Source: Kiritimatiellia bacterium (GTDB taxonomy: Bacteria; Verrucomicrobiota; Kiritimatiellia; RFP12; DVOR01). Taken from it: 64,000 nucleotides of DNA. The position numbers and the translations under genes were made by a program. The notes below the pieces were generated by a model. It saw only the letters and a list, made by a program, of their open reading frames with translations. It ran no database searches and was not told the DNA's origin. This document shows, in pieces, positions 1 through 9,320 of this stretch; the stretch's first letter is position 1, and every line of letters starts with the position of its first letter. The stretch lies in assembly GCA_017531445.1 (NCBI GenBank), contig JAFXKZ010000002.1, positions 85,213 through 149,212 on the forward strand. Direction: 5' to 3'.

Positions 1-201
1 ATACAGCGCATCGTTAAAAGCGCAGCGTCCCGCACCTTTACGGCATTGCCAACAGCCGATACACCCTTGCACCGGTTGATTGCCGATCCAAAAAAGTTCA
101 CTGCCGATGCCTTCTTCTTTCAGCGTTTCAGCGATTTCGGAGAGCGCAGTATAGGTGCAACCTTCCTTGTGCGGGCTGCCATTGATCAATAAAACGTTCA
201 T
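1..201 (-). CDS. Flavodoxin-family / iron-sulfur flavoprotein (NADPH-dependent FMN reductase-like), N-terminal part; runs off the window edge
   Basis: Manual translation from ATG at 201 (GGAG RBS upstream): MNVLLINGSPHKEGCTYTALSEIAETLKEEGIGSELFWIGNQPVQGCIGCWQCRKGAGRCAFND. It has the GSP FMN loop and the CxxCxxC-x5-C iron-sulfur motif. Not in the ORF track. Confidence 0.85.
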   Translation of the reverse strand, partial: MNVLLINGSPHKEGCTYTALSEIAETLKEEGIGSELFWIGNQPVQGCIGCWQCRKGAGRCAFNDALY

Positions 202-388
202 TTTGGAGTCTCCTTCGCCGGATAGTGTCGCCAAAAATCCACCCGTTTGTCAATGGCTTTCTTTGATAAAACAGGCAGAGATGATGTGGACAGGAGGCGT
301 GTCCGCAGAAACACGGGAAAATAGGAAAACAGACCGCCACGTGCATGGCGGCCTGTTTTTCAATGAAGAATGCGGAGAACACGTTAGA

Positions 389-685
389 CTATTTTGACAA
401 CAATGAGAAGTAGTCAATAATGGTTTCCAGCTTTTCAGCGGATTCATGCGCTGCCACTTTGCTGCGAGAGCTTTCCAAAAGCTGAGCATTGATGGAACGC
501 TGTAACACCACTTGTCCAACGCGGTGAAGAGCTGTCTTCGCCGCATTGATCTGTAAAAGGATATACTCCGTGGGCTTGCCATCCTGAATCATCCGTTCAA
601 TTCCTTGGCATTGGCCGGAGATCTTGTGCAGGCGCGAAAGCAGATCCTTCGTGTTTAGTTCGGTTTCTTTTGAAGGTGACTTCAT
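389..685 (-). CDS. CsoR/RcnR/FrmR-family metal-sensing transcriptional repressor (non-canonical ligand set)
   Basis: LLSRLHKISGQCQGIERMI...ILLQINAAKTALHRVG matches the family core; start taken at MKSPSK (685). Confidence 0.8.
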   Translation of the reverse strand: MKSPSKETELNTKDLLSRLHKISGQCQGIERMIQDGKPTEYILLQINAAKTALHRVGQVVLQRSINAQLLESSRSKVAAHESAEKLETIIDYFSLLSK

Positions 686-754
686 AATGTTCACTGCCTT
701 TTTTGATTTATTCCACTGCGACCGTGAATTTTCACGGCCCCACAAATTGCTTCT

Positions 755-783
755 ACTATAGCGCAATAATGCCGAAATTTCAA
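755..783 (-). promoter_or_regulatory. Sigma70-type promoter for the CsoR-like gene and flavoprotein
   Basis: Minus strand reads TTGAAA-17 nt-TATAGT. Confidence 0.6.
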
Positions 784-937
784 GTCTATGCTGCCCAATC
801 ACACTTGCCTGGCCTTGATTTAGGCGACACTAACAGGGGGGGGGTAGGCGTTTCTTGGCTTTGAAAAAGGACACGTTTCAGGGGCGGTGTTCCACCCTGT
901 AGCGCAGGGTGTTTTTCAGTCAAGGCGCACTTGAAAA

Positions 938-1021
938 GGAAGATGGGCGGCATTGCTTCTCAAAGTGGGCGATGTGCGCGGGCGATATCGCCCATCTTCC
1001 GGGGGCAATGCCGCCCATGTT
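938..1021. repeat. Dispersed intergenic ATGGGCG/CGCCCATGTT element, copy 1 (with internal inverted repeats)
   Basis: GAAGATGGGCGGCATTGC...GCAATGCCGCCCATGTT; related sequences at about 13.5, 39.2 and 52.6 kb. Confidence 0.6.
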
Positions 1022-1320
1022 GCGCAAGCGTGTTGGGGACGGAGGTCTGTGCTTTCGTGCGTGAGGTGGAAGAAGCGGGGAGAAGTTGAGTGCTTACTGT
1101 GAAGCGTGCCGCTTTCCGGGAGGCACAGCTTTTGAATATGACTCCACGATACGATGTGCGAAATCGGCCGAAAAGAGTGTTTGTCTCTGCAATTGGGCGA
1201 GTGAACGTGTGCTGAAGGATGGGAAAGGTGGCATCTATGGACGAAAGGTTTTGCCTTTTTCTTATTTTCGTGTGCTTTAGAGTGTCAAAGCGCACGTTAT
1301 TGTGATAAACTATACGCGTT

Positions 1321-2565
1321 ATGGCGAATTACGAATATCGCGCATTGGACAGTAAGCGAACTCCAAAGACGGGCGTCCTTGAGGCAGCAGATCGTCGTGG
1401 GGTGCTTGTTGCTTTGCGCGGGATGGGGCTGACGCCGTTATCGGTAAAGGAAGTCGCAGGAGGCGCACGTTCGCGCGAAACGGCAAAAGCCGCAGGCTTC
1501 TTTTCATTTTCCAAAGCTCCGGCCAAACGGATGAAACCGGCCGAAGTGCTTTTGTTCACATCGGAATTGGCTGATTTGATTGAGGCCGGAATGACCCTGG
1601 GGGCGGCGTTGAATACGCTGGCCAATCAGGGGGATCGGCATTCAGGAATGTGCGTGGTAGCGACCGATCTGAAAGAACGGATTGTGCGCGGTGAAGCGTT
1701 CTCGGATGCCGTTGATGCCCACCCGAAAACGTTTCCGGCAATCTATGGCAATATGGTGCGCGCAGGCGAAGCTTCGGGGGCGATGGTGGAAGTGTTGCAT
1801 CGCCTGACGGAGCATTATGAACGCACACAATCAATGAAAAGCAAGATTGTGTCGGCATTGACTTATCCGTGCATTGTGCTGGGAATCGGTGTGCTGGCGG
1901 TGATTTTCGCCATGGTGAAAATCGTGCCGCAGTTTATGGAACTCTTCAAGAGTATGGGGCAGGAATTGCCGCTCCCGACGAAGATTTTGATGGGAATGAG
2001 TGAGGGAATGATCCGTTATGGTGTGTTTTACGCACTGGGAGGCATTACGCTGATTCTGCTGTTCCGCAAATGGGTGCAGGGGACCGGACGGATGAAATGG
2101 GATGCGTTCAAATTGAAGATGCCGCTGGTAAAAGGGTTGATTGCAGCCGGGGCCTATGCTTCGCTTGCCTACACGATGCAGACCTTGCTCTCCAATGGTG
2201 TAAATGTCTTGAGTGCATTGCGAATCTCGGAAGAAACAAGCGGCAATGCCGTAATCGGCGCGGAATTGAAAAAGGCGCGTGAACGTGTAACGGATGGAAC
2301 GACAATTTCCGGACCGCTGGCACAGAGCGGTGTCTTCCCGAGGATGATGACCGACATGATGGCGCTCGGCGAGCAAACCGGTAATTTGCCGACCGCACTC
2401 GGGCATATCGGCAAGCGTTATGAAGCGGAGTTGAACCGTAATATCAAGGTGTTTACCACCATGCTGGAGCCGATCCTGATTTTATTTGTTGCTGTTGTTG
2501 TGGGCTTTGTTGCGATTGCCATTCTGTCGGCAGTCTTTTCGGCAACATCGGCAATGGGACATTGA
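1321..2565 (+). CDS. gspF: Type II secretion system F / PilC family inner-membrane platform protein
   Basis: Y.Y.A.D...G start, two GspF domains (FTSELADLIEAG..L; MVRAGEASG; GEQTGNL) and TM segments. Confidence 0.93.
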   Translation: MANYEYRALDSKRTPKTGVLEAADRRGVLVALRGMGLTPLSVKEVAGGARSRETAKAAGFFSFSKAPAKRMKPAEVLLFTSELADLIEAGMTLGAALNTLANQGDRHSGMCVVATDLKERIVRGEAFSDAVDAHPKTFPAIYGNMVRAGEASGAMVEVLHRLTEHYERTQSMKSKIVSALTYPCIVLGIGVLAVIFAMVKIVPQFMELFKSMGQELPLPTKILMGMSEGMIRYGVFYALGGITLILLFRKWVQGTGRMKWDAFKLKMPLVKGLIAAGAYASLAYTMQTLLSNGVNVLSALRISEETSGNAVIGAELKKARERVTDGTTISGPLAQSGVFPRMMTDMMALGEQTGNLPTALGHIGKRYEAELNRNIKVFTTMLEPILILFVAVVVGFVAIAILSAVFSATSAMGH

Positions 2566-2587
2566 ATTAACAGAGAGGAAATGAAAA

Positions 2588-2971
2588 ATGACACAGAATC
2601 GTAAACATCGCCGTGCTGGGTTCACCCTTGTCGAACTCTTGCTCGTGATTACTATTCTCGGAATTTTGGGAACCGTCGTGGTGGTGAATTTTGCCAGTGC
2701 GGGCGATGATGCCCGCAAAAATGTAACGTTAACCTCCATCAATTCCATCAGTCAGGCGTGTGACGTTTACCGGATGAAGACCGGACGCCTGCCCAGAAGC
2801 ATTGAAGATTTGACCACGGGAATCAATGATGATGAGCCGTTGCTGAAGGCCGGGGCGTTGAATGATGCTTGGGGTATTCCCTTTGAATATAAGGTAGAGG
2901 GTAAAAAGTACACGATCCGTTCGGCAGGAATGGATGGCGTGATGAATACGGAAGACGATTTGACCAATTGA
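2588..2971 (+). CDS. gspG: Major pseudopilin, GspG-like
   Basis: Prepilin motif RRAG/FTLVELLLVITILGIL and C-terminal DAWG.PF.Y...IRSAG.DG..NTEDD. Confidence 0.85.
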   Translation: MTQNRKHRRAGFTLVELLLVITILGILGTVVVVNFASAGDDARKNVTLTSINSISQACDVYRMKTGRLPRSIEDLTTGINDDEPLLKAGALNDAWGIPFEYKVEGKKYTIRSAGMDGVMNTEDDLTN

Positions 2972-2998
2972 GATCACAGACAGAATCGGGGGCTGCGC

Positions 2999-4654
2999 AT
3001 GATTACGTTTACGCTTTCGGATCAACAACACGTACAGGTGGCGCATGGTGCACCGCTGTGTGCGGCGTTGCCGGAAAAGGTAAACGGGCTTCCCGTTTTG
3101 GCCGCATTGCTCAATAACGATGTGGTGCCGTTGAATGCGCCTGCGTTGCTGGATGGTACGTTGCGCCCCTTGACGCTTGCCGATGAGAACGGATGGCAAG
3201 TCTATCGCCGGACGCTGTGCTTTCTTTTGGCAAAGGTGCTTTGCGAGCAATTCCCGGAAACGACGTGTCAGGTGCGGCAAAGTTTTGGGCATAACGCGCT
3301 CTATTGGTCATGGGATGTCCCGGCTGAAGAACGCGAAGCCAAGGTTGCTGCGCTGCGGGCAGGTTTGGCAGAATTGATCGAACGCGATGAGCCGATCTGC
3401 CATCATTTGACCGGATATGAGCAGATGATAAGCCTGTTCAAAGCGCGCGGACAGGAGGATAAAGTAAATCTGCTTGCGCATCGTAATCCGCCGTATTTGT
3501 CATTGGCAACGTGCGGGAACTTTTATGATTTGCCGCAAGGCGCATTGGCGGTGCGAAGCGGCGTCATCCGGTTGTTCGACTTGGTGCCGTTGCGCGATGG
3601 CTTCGTGTTGGAGTTTCCGAGTGTGCAGACGCCGTATGAATTGGATCCGATGCCGCCGTTCGATTTTCTCTTTGATGTTTATGCCGAGCATTTGCGTTGG
3701 GGCGAGATTATCGGGATCCGCACGGTGGGCGAACTGAATATGGCAATTGCAAACGGCTCTGTGACGGATGTCATCAACACCGTGGAAGCCTTGCATGAAA
3801 AGCGTCTGGCTTCCATTGCAGACATGATTGCCGCCCGGCAACCGCGACCGCACATTGTGCTGATTGCCGGACCAAGCTCGGCAGGGAAGACGACTTCCGC
3901 AATGCGGTTGTGTACACACTTGCGTGTAATCGGGCTGCGCCCCACATTGATTTCCACTGACAATTACTTTGTTGGGGATGCGCGTAATCCGCGTGATGCA
4001 CAAGGCAATTTGGATTACGAACACCTGGATGCGGTGGATCGGAAGCGTCTGAATGCCGATATCCTGCGGCTTTTGAATGGTGAAACGATTCCCTTGCGGA
4101 AGTTTGATTTCCATAAGCATGAGGGGTATGATTCAGATGAATCGTTGACGTTGGATCGGCAAAGCGGCGTGTTGGTGATAGAGGGGATCCATTCACTGAA
4201 TCCGGATCTTACGCCGAATATTCCACGTGAAGAGAAGTTTTTGATCTATGTAAACGTATTGACGCAATTGGCGATTGATCGGCATAATCGTGTATCAACG
4301 ATTGATAATCGTTTGTTGCGTCGCATGGTGCGTGATGGGCAGTTCCGTGGGCGCAGCCCAAAAGAAACTTTGCGCTTGTGGTCAAGTGTGCGGGCGGGCG
4401 AGGAACGTTGGATCTTCCCATTCCAGCACTATGCAGACGCAGTGTTTAATACGTCGCTGGATTATGAAATCGCCGTATTGAAGACCTTGGCTTCGCCGTT
4501 GCTCAATCAGATTAAACCCTCTGATCCGGAGTTCGTGATAGCCCGGAGGCTCTCGTGTTTCTTGCAGAACTTTGCTTCAATGCCGATGGCAGACGTGCCG
4601 ACGAACTCGATTCTTCGGGAATATCTTGGCGCGAGCCGATTACGTTACAGTTGA
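2999..4654 (+). CDS. Nucleoside (uridine) kinase with N-terminal TGS/ThrRS-like domains
   Basis: P-loop AGPSSAGKTT, LVIEGIHSLN, RLLRRMVRD and VRAGEERWIFP in the C-terminal half; ThrRS-like N-terminal half. Confidence 0.85.
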   Translation: MITFTLSDQQHVQVAHGAPLCAALPEKVNGLPVLAALLNNDVVPLNAPALLDGTLRPLTLADENGWQVYRRTLCFLLAKVLCEQFPETTCQVRQSFGHNALYWSWDVPAEEREAKVAALRAGLAELIERDEPICHHLTGYEQMISLFKARGQEDKVNLLAHRNPPYLSLATCGNFYDLPQGALAVRSGVIRLFDLVPLRDGFVLEFPSVQTPYELDPMPPFDFLFDVYAEHLRWGEIIGIRTVGELNMAIANGSVTDVINTVEALHEKRLASIADMIAARQPRPHIVLIAGPSSAGKTTSAMRLCTHLRVIGLRPTLISTDNYFVGDARNPRDAQGNLDYEHLDAVDRKRLNADILRLLNGETIPLRKFDFHKHEGYDSDESLTLDRQSGVLVIEGIHSLNPDLTPNIPREEKFLIYVNVLTQLAIDRHNRVSTIDNRLLRRMVRDGQFRGRSPKETLRLWSSVRAGEERWIFPFQHYADAVFNTSLDYEIAVLKTLASPLLNQIKPSDPEFVIARRLSCFLQNFASMPMADVPTNSILREYLGASRLRYS

Positions 4655-4677
4655 TTTGATTGGAAGAAGGAGTAAGT

Positions 4678-5706
4678 ATGAGTAATCCTTTAATCGGTCG
4701 TCTCGTAGCAGGTGAAGAATATCAAGTGCAAAAGGCCTATGAAGCCTTTGCCGTTCAACCTGTTACCGAGACGCGCTTGACTGATAACAAAGAGCCTTTC
4801 GGTAATCAGGAAACAACGCTTGAAGGGACAGCGAGTGCTGAAGGCGTCGGGACGTTTGAGCGGCGGCGCAATGCGTTGTTGCAGATCGGACCATCGACTG
4901 TTCCGGGGTGGTGGATTCATCGAACGGATCTGAATGAACAATTGGATGTCAAGGTTTCCGTGCGTAACGTATGGACAAGTGCGCGTAACATCGTATTGCG
5001 TGCAGGCTCGCCGCATAACTACCTGCGTATGGTCGAGCATATTGTTGCGCTGCGCCTGGGCTTGGGTGTGGATAATGTCAGGCTTTCAATTGCAGGTGGT
5101 GATCCGCCGCTCTTTGATCGTTCCAGCCTTGATTTAGTGGAAGCGATTCAAAAGGCTAAGATTATTCCCACCGGCCGGCCGGCGCGTTATGTGACGGTGA
5201 AAGAACCGGTGACAATTGGCGGTACGCGTGGTGACTTTTTAACGTTGTTGCCAGCAGAGAAAGGCGATAAACGCTTGCATCTGGATGTGGCAATCTCATG
5301 GAATACCGTAATCGGTCAGCAACGTATTCAAGTGGATTTGACTCCGGATACCTTCACTTATGGTGCCGGTGCACGGACGAATGCCACGCAGACACAGTAT
5401 ATTTTCTCAAAAACGATTGGGAAATTATTCGCCGATGTCCGGAATATGGGCTATACTAAAGACAACATCTTGATCCATGGAAAGGATGGGTTTGTAACGA
5501 CGCCTCGTCCGGAGTTTGATCTTGGTAATGGGAACAGCTGTGAACCTGTTTGGCATCGGACGATGTTGGATTTGGTCGCGGCGATTGCGCTGGTTGATCG
5601 GGGCAGATTCATTGGTACGGTGAAATCTTATCGCGCAGGGCATACGTTGGATGTGCGTTTGATGACATTGCTGTATATGCTTGATCTGCTTGAAATTGTT
5701 GAATAA
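4678..5706 (+). CDS. lpxC: UDP-3-O-acyl-N-acetylglucosamine deacetylase (divergent)
   Basis: MVEHIVAL, PPLFDRSS, GARTNA, HRTMLDLVAAIAL and AGH motifs; AGGAG RBS before ATG 4678. Confidence 0.75.
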   Translation: MSNPLIGRLVAGEEYQVQKAYEAFAVQPVTETRLTDNKEPFGNQETTLEGTASAEGVGTFERRRNALLQIGPSTVPGWWIHRTDLNEQLDVKVSVRNVWTSARNIVLRAGSPHNYLRMVEHIVALRLGLGVDNVRLSIAGGDPPLFDRSSLDLVEAIQKAKIIPTGRPARYVTVKEPVTIGGTRGDFLTLLPAEKGDKRLHLDVAISWNTVIGQQRIQVDLTPDTFTYGAGARTNATQTQYIFSKTIGKLFADVRNMGYTKDNILIHGKDGFVTTPRPEFDLGNGNSCEPVWHRTMLDLVAAIALVDRGRFIGTVKSYRAGHTLDVRLMTLLYMLDLLEIVE

Positions 5707-5719
5707 GGAGCATTTTGAG

Positions 5720-6802
5720 ATGGAAAAAAGAACAGTTCTTTGGTGGGGGCGTTTCGGTGCAAACTATTCACGCAATCGCGTGTATATTTCATTGTTCAAG
5801 GAACTTGGCTGGAATGTTGAGTTTTTCAACGTGAAGTATTGTTGCGCTTTAGGTGATATTGAATATCTTTTCCGGGGCAAAAAAGGCTTGAAGCCGGATT
5901 TGGTCTGGGTGCCTGTAGCACGACAGAGAGACTGTTTGGCGGCTTGCCGTTGGGCGCATCGCCGGGGAATCCCGGTGGCATTTGATCCGATGATTTCCGC
6001 TTGGGATAAGAAAGTCTTGGAGCAAATGAAGTGGAAGGCTTCGGAAGCCCGGGCAAAACGTTTGTTGAAATGGGAGACGAAGTTGTTCAATGCGGTTGAT
6101 TGGATGCTTTGTGATACTTCGTGTCATGCCGACTTCTTCCACAAGCACATGAATGTCCCTTATGAAAAGTTGCGTGTGCTTTTCACCGGAACAGACGAGA
6201 CTGTTTTCAAGCCGGCAGAGGATGGAGAAGATCCGCCTCATGATCCTAAGGCACCACTGCGCATCCTGTATCATGGTGCATATCTGCCCTTGCATGGGAC
6301 GGAATACATTGTGGAAGCTGCACGGCGTACGCAGCACTTGAATATTCATTGGGACTTTTTGGGGTGGGGTGCTTACAAGGCTCCGACAGAAGAAAAGGCG
6401 AAAGGAATCAAGAATATCACCTTTTTGGAGAAGGTCCCGTATGTGGATGTCCCCCGGGTGATTCGCACGGCAGATATCGTATTGGGTGTGTTTGGCACAA
6501 CGGAAAAGGCCTCGCGCGTCATCGGCAACAAGGTGTATGAGGCAATGGCGTGTTGTCGGCCCGTGATCAATGAATACTGCACGGGTTATCCGCCAGAGGC
6601 AAAGGATTGCCCTGCGATTACGTTGATCCCTCCGGGTGATGCCCAGGCAATTGTAGATGCCGTGGTGCCGTGGATTGATAAACGCGAAGAGTTGAATACT
6701 TTGCGAACGACGGCTCGTGACTTCTTTGAGAAGCATCTTTCGATGAATGTCATTCGTAAACAATTGGCAGACATCCTTTCGGAGATGGGTTTTAACGCTT
6801 AG
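5720..6802 (+). CDS. Glycosyltransferase family 4 (GT-B)
   Basis: NKVYEAMACCRPVI motif, YHGAYLPLHG and ADIVLGVFG. Confidence 0.85.
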   Translation: MEKRTVLWWGRFGANYSRNRVYISLFKELGWNVEFFNVKYCCALGDIEYLFRGKKGLKPDLVWVPVARQRDCLAACRWAHRRGIPVAFDPMISAWDKKVLEQMKWKASEARAKRLLKWETKLFNAVDWMLCDTSCHADFFHKHMNVPYEKLRVLFTGTDETVFKPAEDGEDPPHDPKAPLRILYHGAYLPLHGTEYIVEAARRTQHLNIHWDFLGWGAYKAPTEEKAKGIKNITFLEKVPYVDVPRVIRTADIVLGVFGTTEKASRVIGNKVYEAMACCRPVINEYCTGYPPEAKDCPAITLIPPGDAQAIVDAVVPWIDKREELNTLRTTARDFFEKHLSMNVIRKQLADILSEMGFNA

Positions 6803-6814
6803 TCAGACTCATTC

Positions 6815-7987
6815 ATGCGTCAGGGTTTTTTTGATAAATTTATCTCGCGCCTTGACAAAATTGAGGCGCCGGTAGCATCTGCGCATATCGCAGCACTCGC
6901 CCGAGAACGAGGTTTTTTAGAAACCTTGTTTCAGTCTATTGACGAAGGTATTCTCGTCTTGGGCGATGAGATGCGTCTGCTCTATGCTAATCATGCAGCG
7001 GAGCGGCTTGTTGGTTTTTCAGCAGAAAAAGTGCGCGGAGAATCGTTGAAACGTTATCTTCGTGATTGGGGCATCGAGGCTCTTTTGTTGCAACAGGTGG
7101 GCGATTGGCAGCGAATTGAGACGCGGGAAGTAGAGATTTCCTATCCGGAACACCGCGTAATCAATTATTATGCACGTCCGGTTGAATTTGAAGATCGCGT
7201 AGAATTACTGTTGATGGTGCGCGATGTCACCCGGGAACGTTTGGCAGAAGAAAATACGTTGGCCGATGAGCGTCTGGCTGCGGTAAAGACGCTTGTTGCA
7301 GGTGTTGCGCATGAAATCGGGAATCCATTAAATGCATTGACGATTCACTTGCAGTTGCTGGAGCGTGAAGTTCGCAAGATGACAGATGCAAAGATTCGCG
7401 AGAATTTGAAAGAACTGACAGAGGTCGCATCGCAAGAAGTGACACGTCTTGATGGAATTATCCGGCGGTTTTTGACGGCTTTGCGGCCCACTCAACCGCA
7501 CTTGGTGCGAGGAAATATTCAAGAAGTTGTTGAAACAACGCTGAAATTACTCGCTCCTGATTTAGAGCAACGCCACATTGCACTGCAGTATTCTTCGCCT
7601 GAAGTTATTCCTGACATCTATTTGGATGCACAGCAAATGGAACAGGTGCTTTTTAATTTGTTGAAGAATGCAATGGATGCCATTACGGACTATGGAAAAA
7701 TCGGACTCTCAATTGTGGCGGATGATGCAGCTGTCACAGTCTCGGTTTTGGATAATGGTGTGGGCATTCCGGAAGCATTGCTTGGGAAGATCTTTGATCC
7801 TTATGTGACGACAAAAACAAAAGGGAGCGGGCTTGGATTAATGGTCGTACGCAGGATTGTTCAGAGCCACGGCGGTTCGATTTCCTGTGCAAGTCATGAA
7901 GGTGAGGGAACGTGTTTTACGATTCGTCTTCCCCGTGCGGAACGTCAAGTTCGTACGCTGGAAATGGGGCATGGAGAGGAGAATTAA
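6815..7987 (+). CDS. PAS-domain sensor histidine kinase (NtrB/PilS-like)
   Basis: H-box VAHEIGNPL, N-box NLLKNAMDA, DNGVG, G2 box GSGLGL and an N-terminal PAS region. Confidence 0.92.
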   Translation: MRQGFFDKFISRLDKIEAPVASAHIAALARERGFLETLFQSIDEGILVLGDEMRLLYANHAAERLVGFSAEKVRGESLKRYLRDWGIEALLLQQVGDWQRIETREVEISYPEHRVINYYARPVEFEDRVELLLMVRDVTRERLAEENTLADERLAAVKTLVAGVAHEIGNPLNALTIHLQLLEREVRKMTDAKIRENLKELTEVASQEVTRLDGIIRRFLTALRPTQPHLVRGNIQEVVETTLKLLAPDLEQRHIALQYSSPEVIPDIYLDAQQMEQVLFNLLKNAMDAITDYGKIGLSIVADDAAVTVSVLDNGVGIPEALLGKIFDPYVTTKTKGSGLGLMVVRRIVQSHGGSISCASHEGEGTCFTIRLPRAERQVRTLEMGHGEEN

Positions 7988-7988
7988 G

Positions 7989-9320
7989 ATGAGCACAGTT
8001 TTGATTGTGGATGATGACAAGGCGACGCGTGAAGGCGTGGCGCGTACGCTTCGCTCGGACTATACGGTATTAACTGCTGCGGATGCAGATGCGGCGATGG
8101 CTCTTTTGAATGCAAACGCTGTTGATCTTGTATTGACTGATTTGCGAATGCCGGGGCGGGATGGGCTTTCATTGCTTCGCGATGTAATTACGGCGTATCC
8201 CAATACGCTTGTCATTTTGCTTTCTGCATATGGATCGGTGGAGAGTGCGGTTGAAGCGATGAAGGATGGTGCGTATGACTTCCTTACAAAGCCGATTCAT
8301 TTAGATCATCTTGAATTGGTGGTGCGTCGCGCTTTGAAGCAAAAACATTTGGAATCTCAGAATGCAACGCTTCGCACGCAGCTTGCCGGTCAGTCTGCGC
8401 TTGGTCGATTACAGGGAACATCGGAGGCGATGCAGCGAGTCCGCGAACGGATTCGTCAAGCTGCACCCACTCCGGCAACGGTTCTGATTCAGGGGCCAAG
8501 CGGAACAGGAAAAGAATTGGTTGCACGTGCGCTTCACTCGTTGAGCCCGCGAGCGAATGCACCGTTTGTTGCCGTCCATTGTGCCGCATTGGCTCCATCG
8601 CTTCTTGAAAGTGAATTGTTTGGTCATGTAAAAGGTGCCTTTACTGGCGCGAATGAGAATCGAAAAGGTCGCTTTGAACTTGCGAATGGAGGAACGTTGT
8701 TTTTGGATGAGATCTCGGAGATTGATCTGGGGACGCAGGTGAAATTGTTGCGCGTATTGGAAACGCGCTCGGTAGAACCCGTGGGGTCGGCTGAGCCAAT
8801 TCCCGTTGATATCCGGTTGATTGCCGCAACGAACCGTAATCTTTCCGAATGGGTGAAACAAGGTAAATTTCGCGAAGATCTCTACTTCCGCTTGAACGTA
8901 ATTGACGTGGTTTTACCGCCGCTCAAGGCGCGTGGTGATGATTTGCCATTGCTATGTGATGCATTTGTCCGTGAGTTCAATCCTCTGTTGGGACGTTCAA
9001 TTTTAGGGTTTGACGCGGAAGTGATGAGGGTTTTCCGTGCCTACTCATGGCCGGGTAACGTGCGGGAGTTGCGAAACACCGTAGAGCGCATGATGGTCCT
9101 TTCCAAAGGGGATCGCCTGACGTTGGCGGATGTCCCGGAGAATATTTTGAATGAACATCCGCAGGCGGGAGTGCTTTCTCCGCTTGCAACAGGAAATGAT
9201 GAAGCGGCATTAATCCGTGTGGCACTGCGCGAAACCAAGAGCAAAGCCGAGGCGGCCCGTCGATTGGGGATCCCGCTTCGGACGCTGTATCGTCGACTGA
9301 AAACCTATGGAATACAGTAA
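7989..9320 (+). CDS. Sigma54-dependent response regulator (NtrC family)
   Basis: REC domain (VDDD, DLRMPG), GPSGTGKE, ESELFGHVKGAFTGA, WPGNVREL and a Fis-type HTH. Confidence 0.95.
   Translation: MSTVLIVDDDKATREGVARTLRSDYTVLTAADADAAMALLNANAVDLVLTDLRMPGRDGLSLLRDVITAYPNTLVILLSAYGSVESAVEAMKDGAYDFLTKPIHLDHLELVVRRALKQKHLESQNATLRTQLAGQSALGRLQGTSEAMQRVRERIRQAAPTPATVLIQGPSGTGKELVARALHSLSPRANAPFVAVHCAALAPSLLESELFGHVKGAFTGANENRKGRFELANGGTLFLDEISEIDLGTQVKLLRVLETRSVEPVGSAEPIPVDIRLIAATNRNLSEWVKQGKFREDLYFRLNVIDVVLPPLKARGDDLPLLCDAFVREFNPLLGRSILGFDAEVMRVFRAYSWPGNVRELRNTVERMMVLSKGDRLTLADVPENILNEHPQAGVLSPLATGNDEAALIRVALRETKSKAEAARRLGIPLRTLYRRLKTYGIQ

Noticed and set aside
836-844. G9 homopolymer as a phase-variation switch
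   Set aside because: It lies about 50 bp upstream of the -35 of the csoR-like promoter, outside the spacer and any CDS; there is no evidence of function.
1225-1250. Sigma54 promoter (TGGCA...TTGC) upstream of gspF
   Set aside because: The GG-to-GC spacing does not match the strict -24/-12 geometry.
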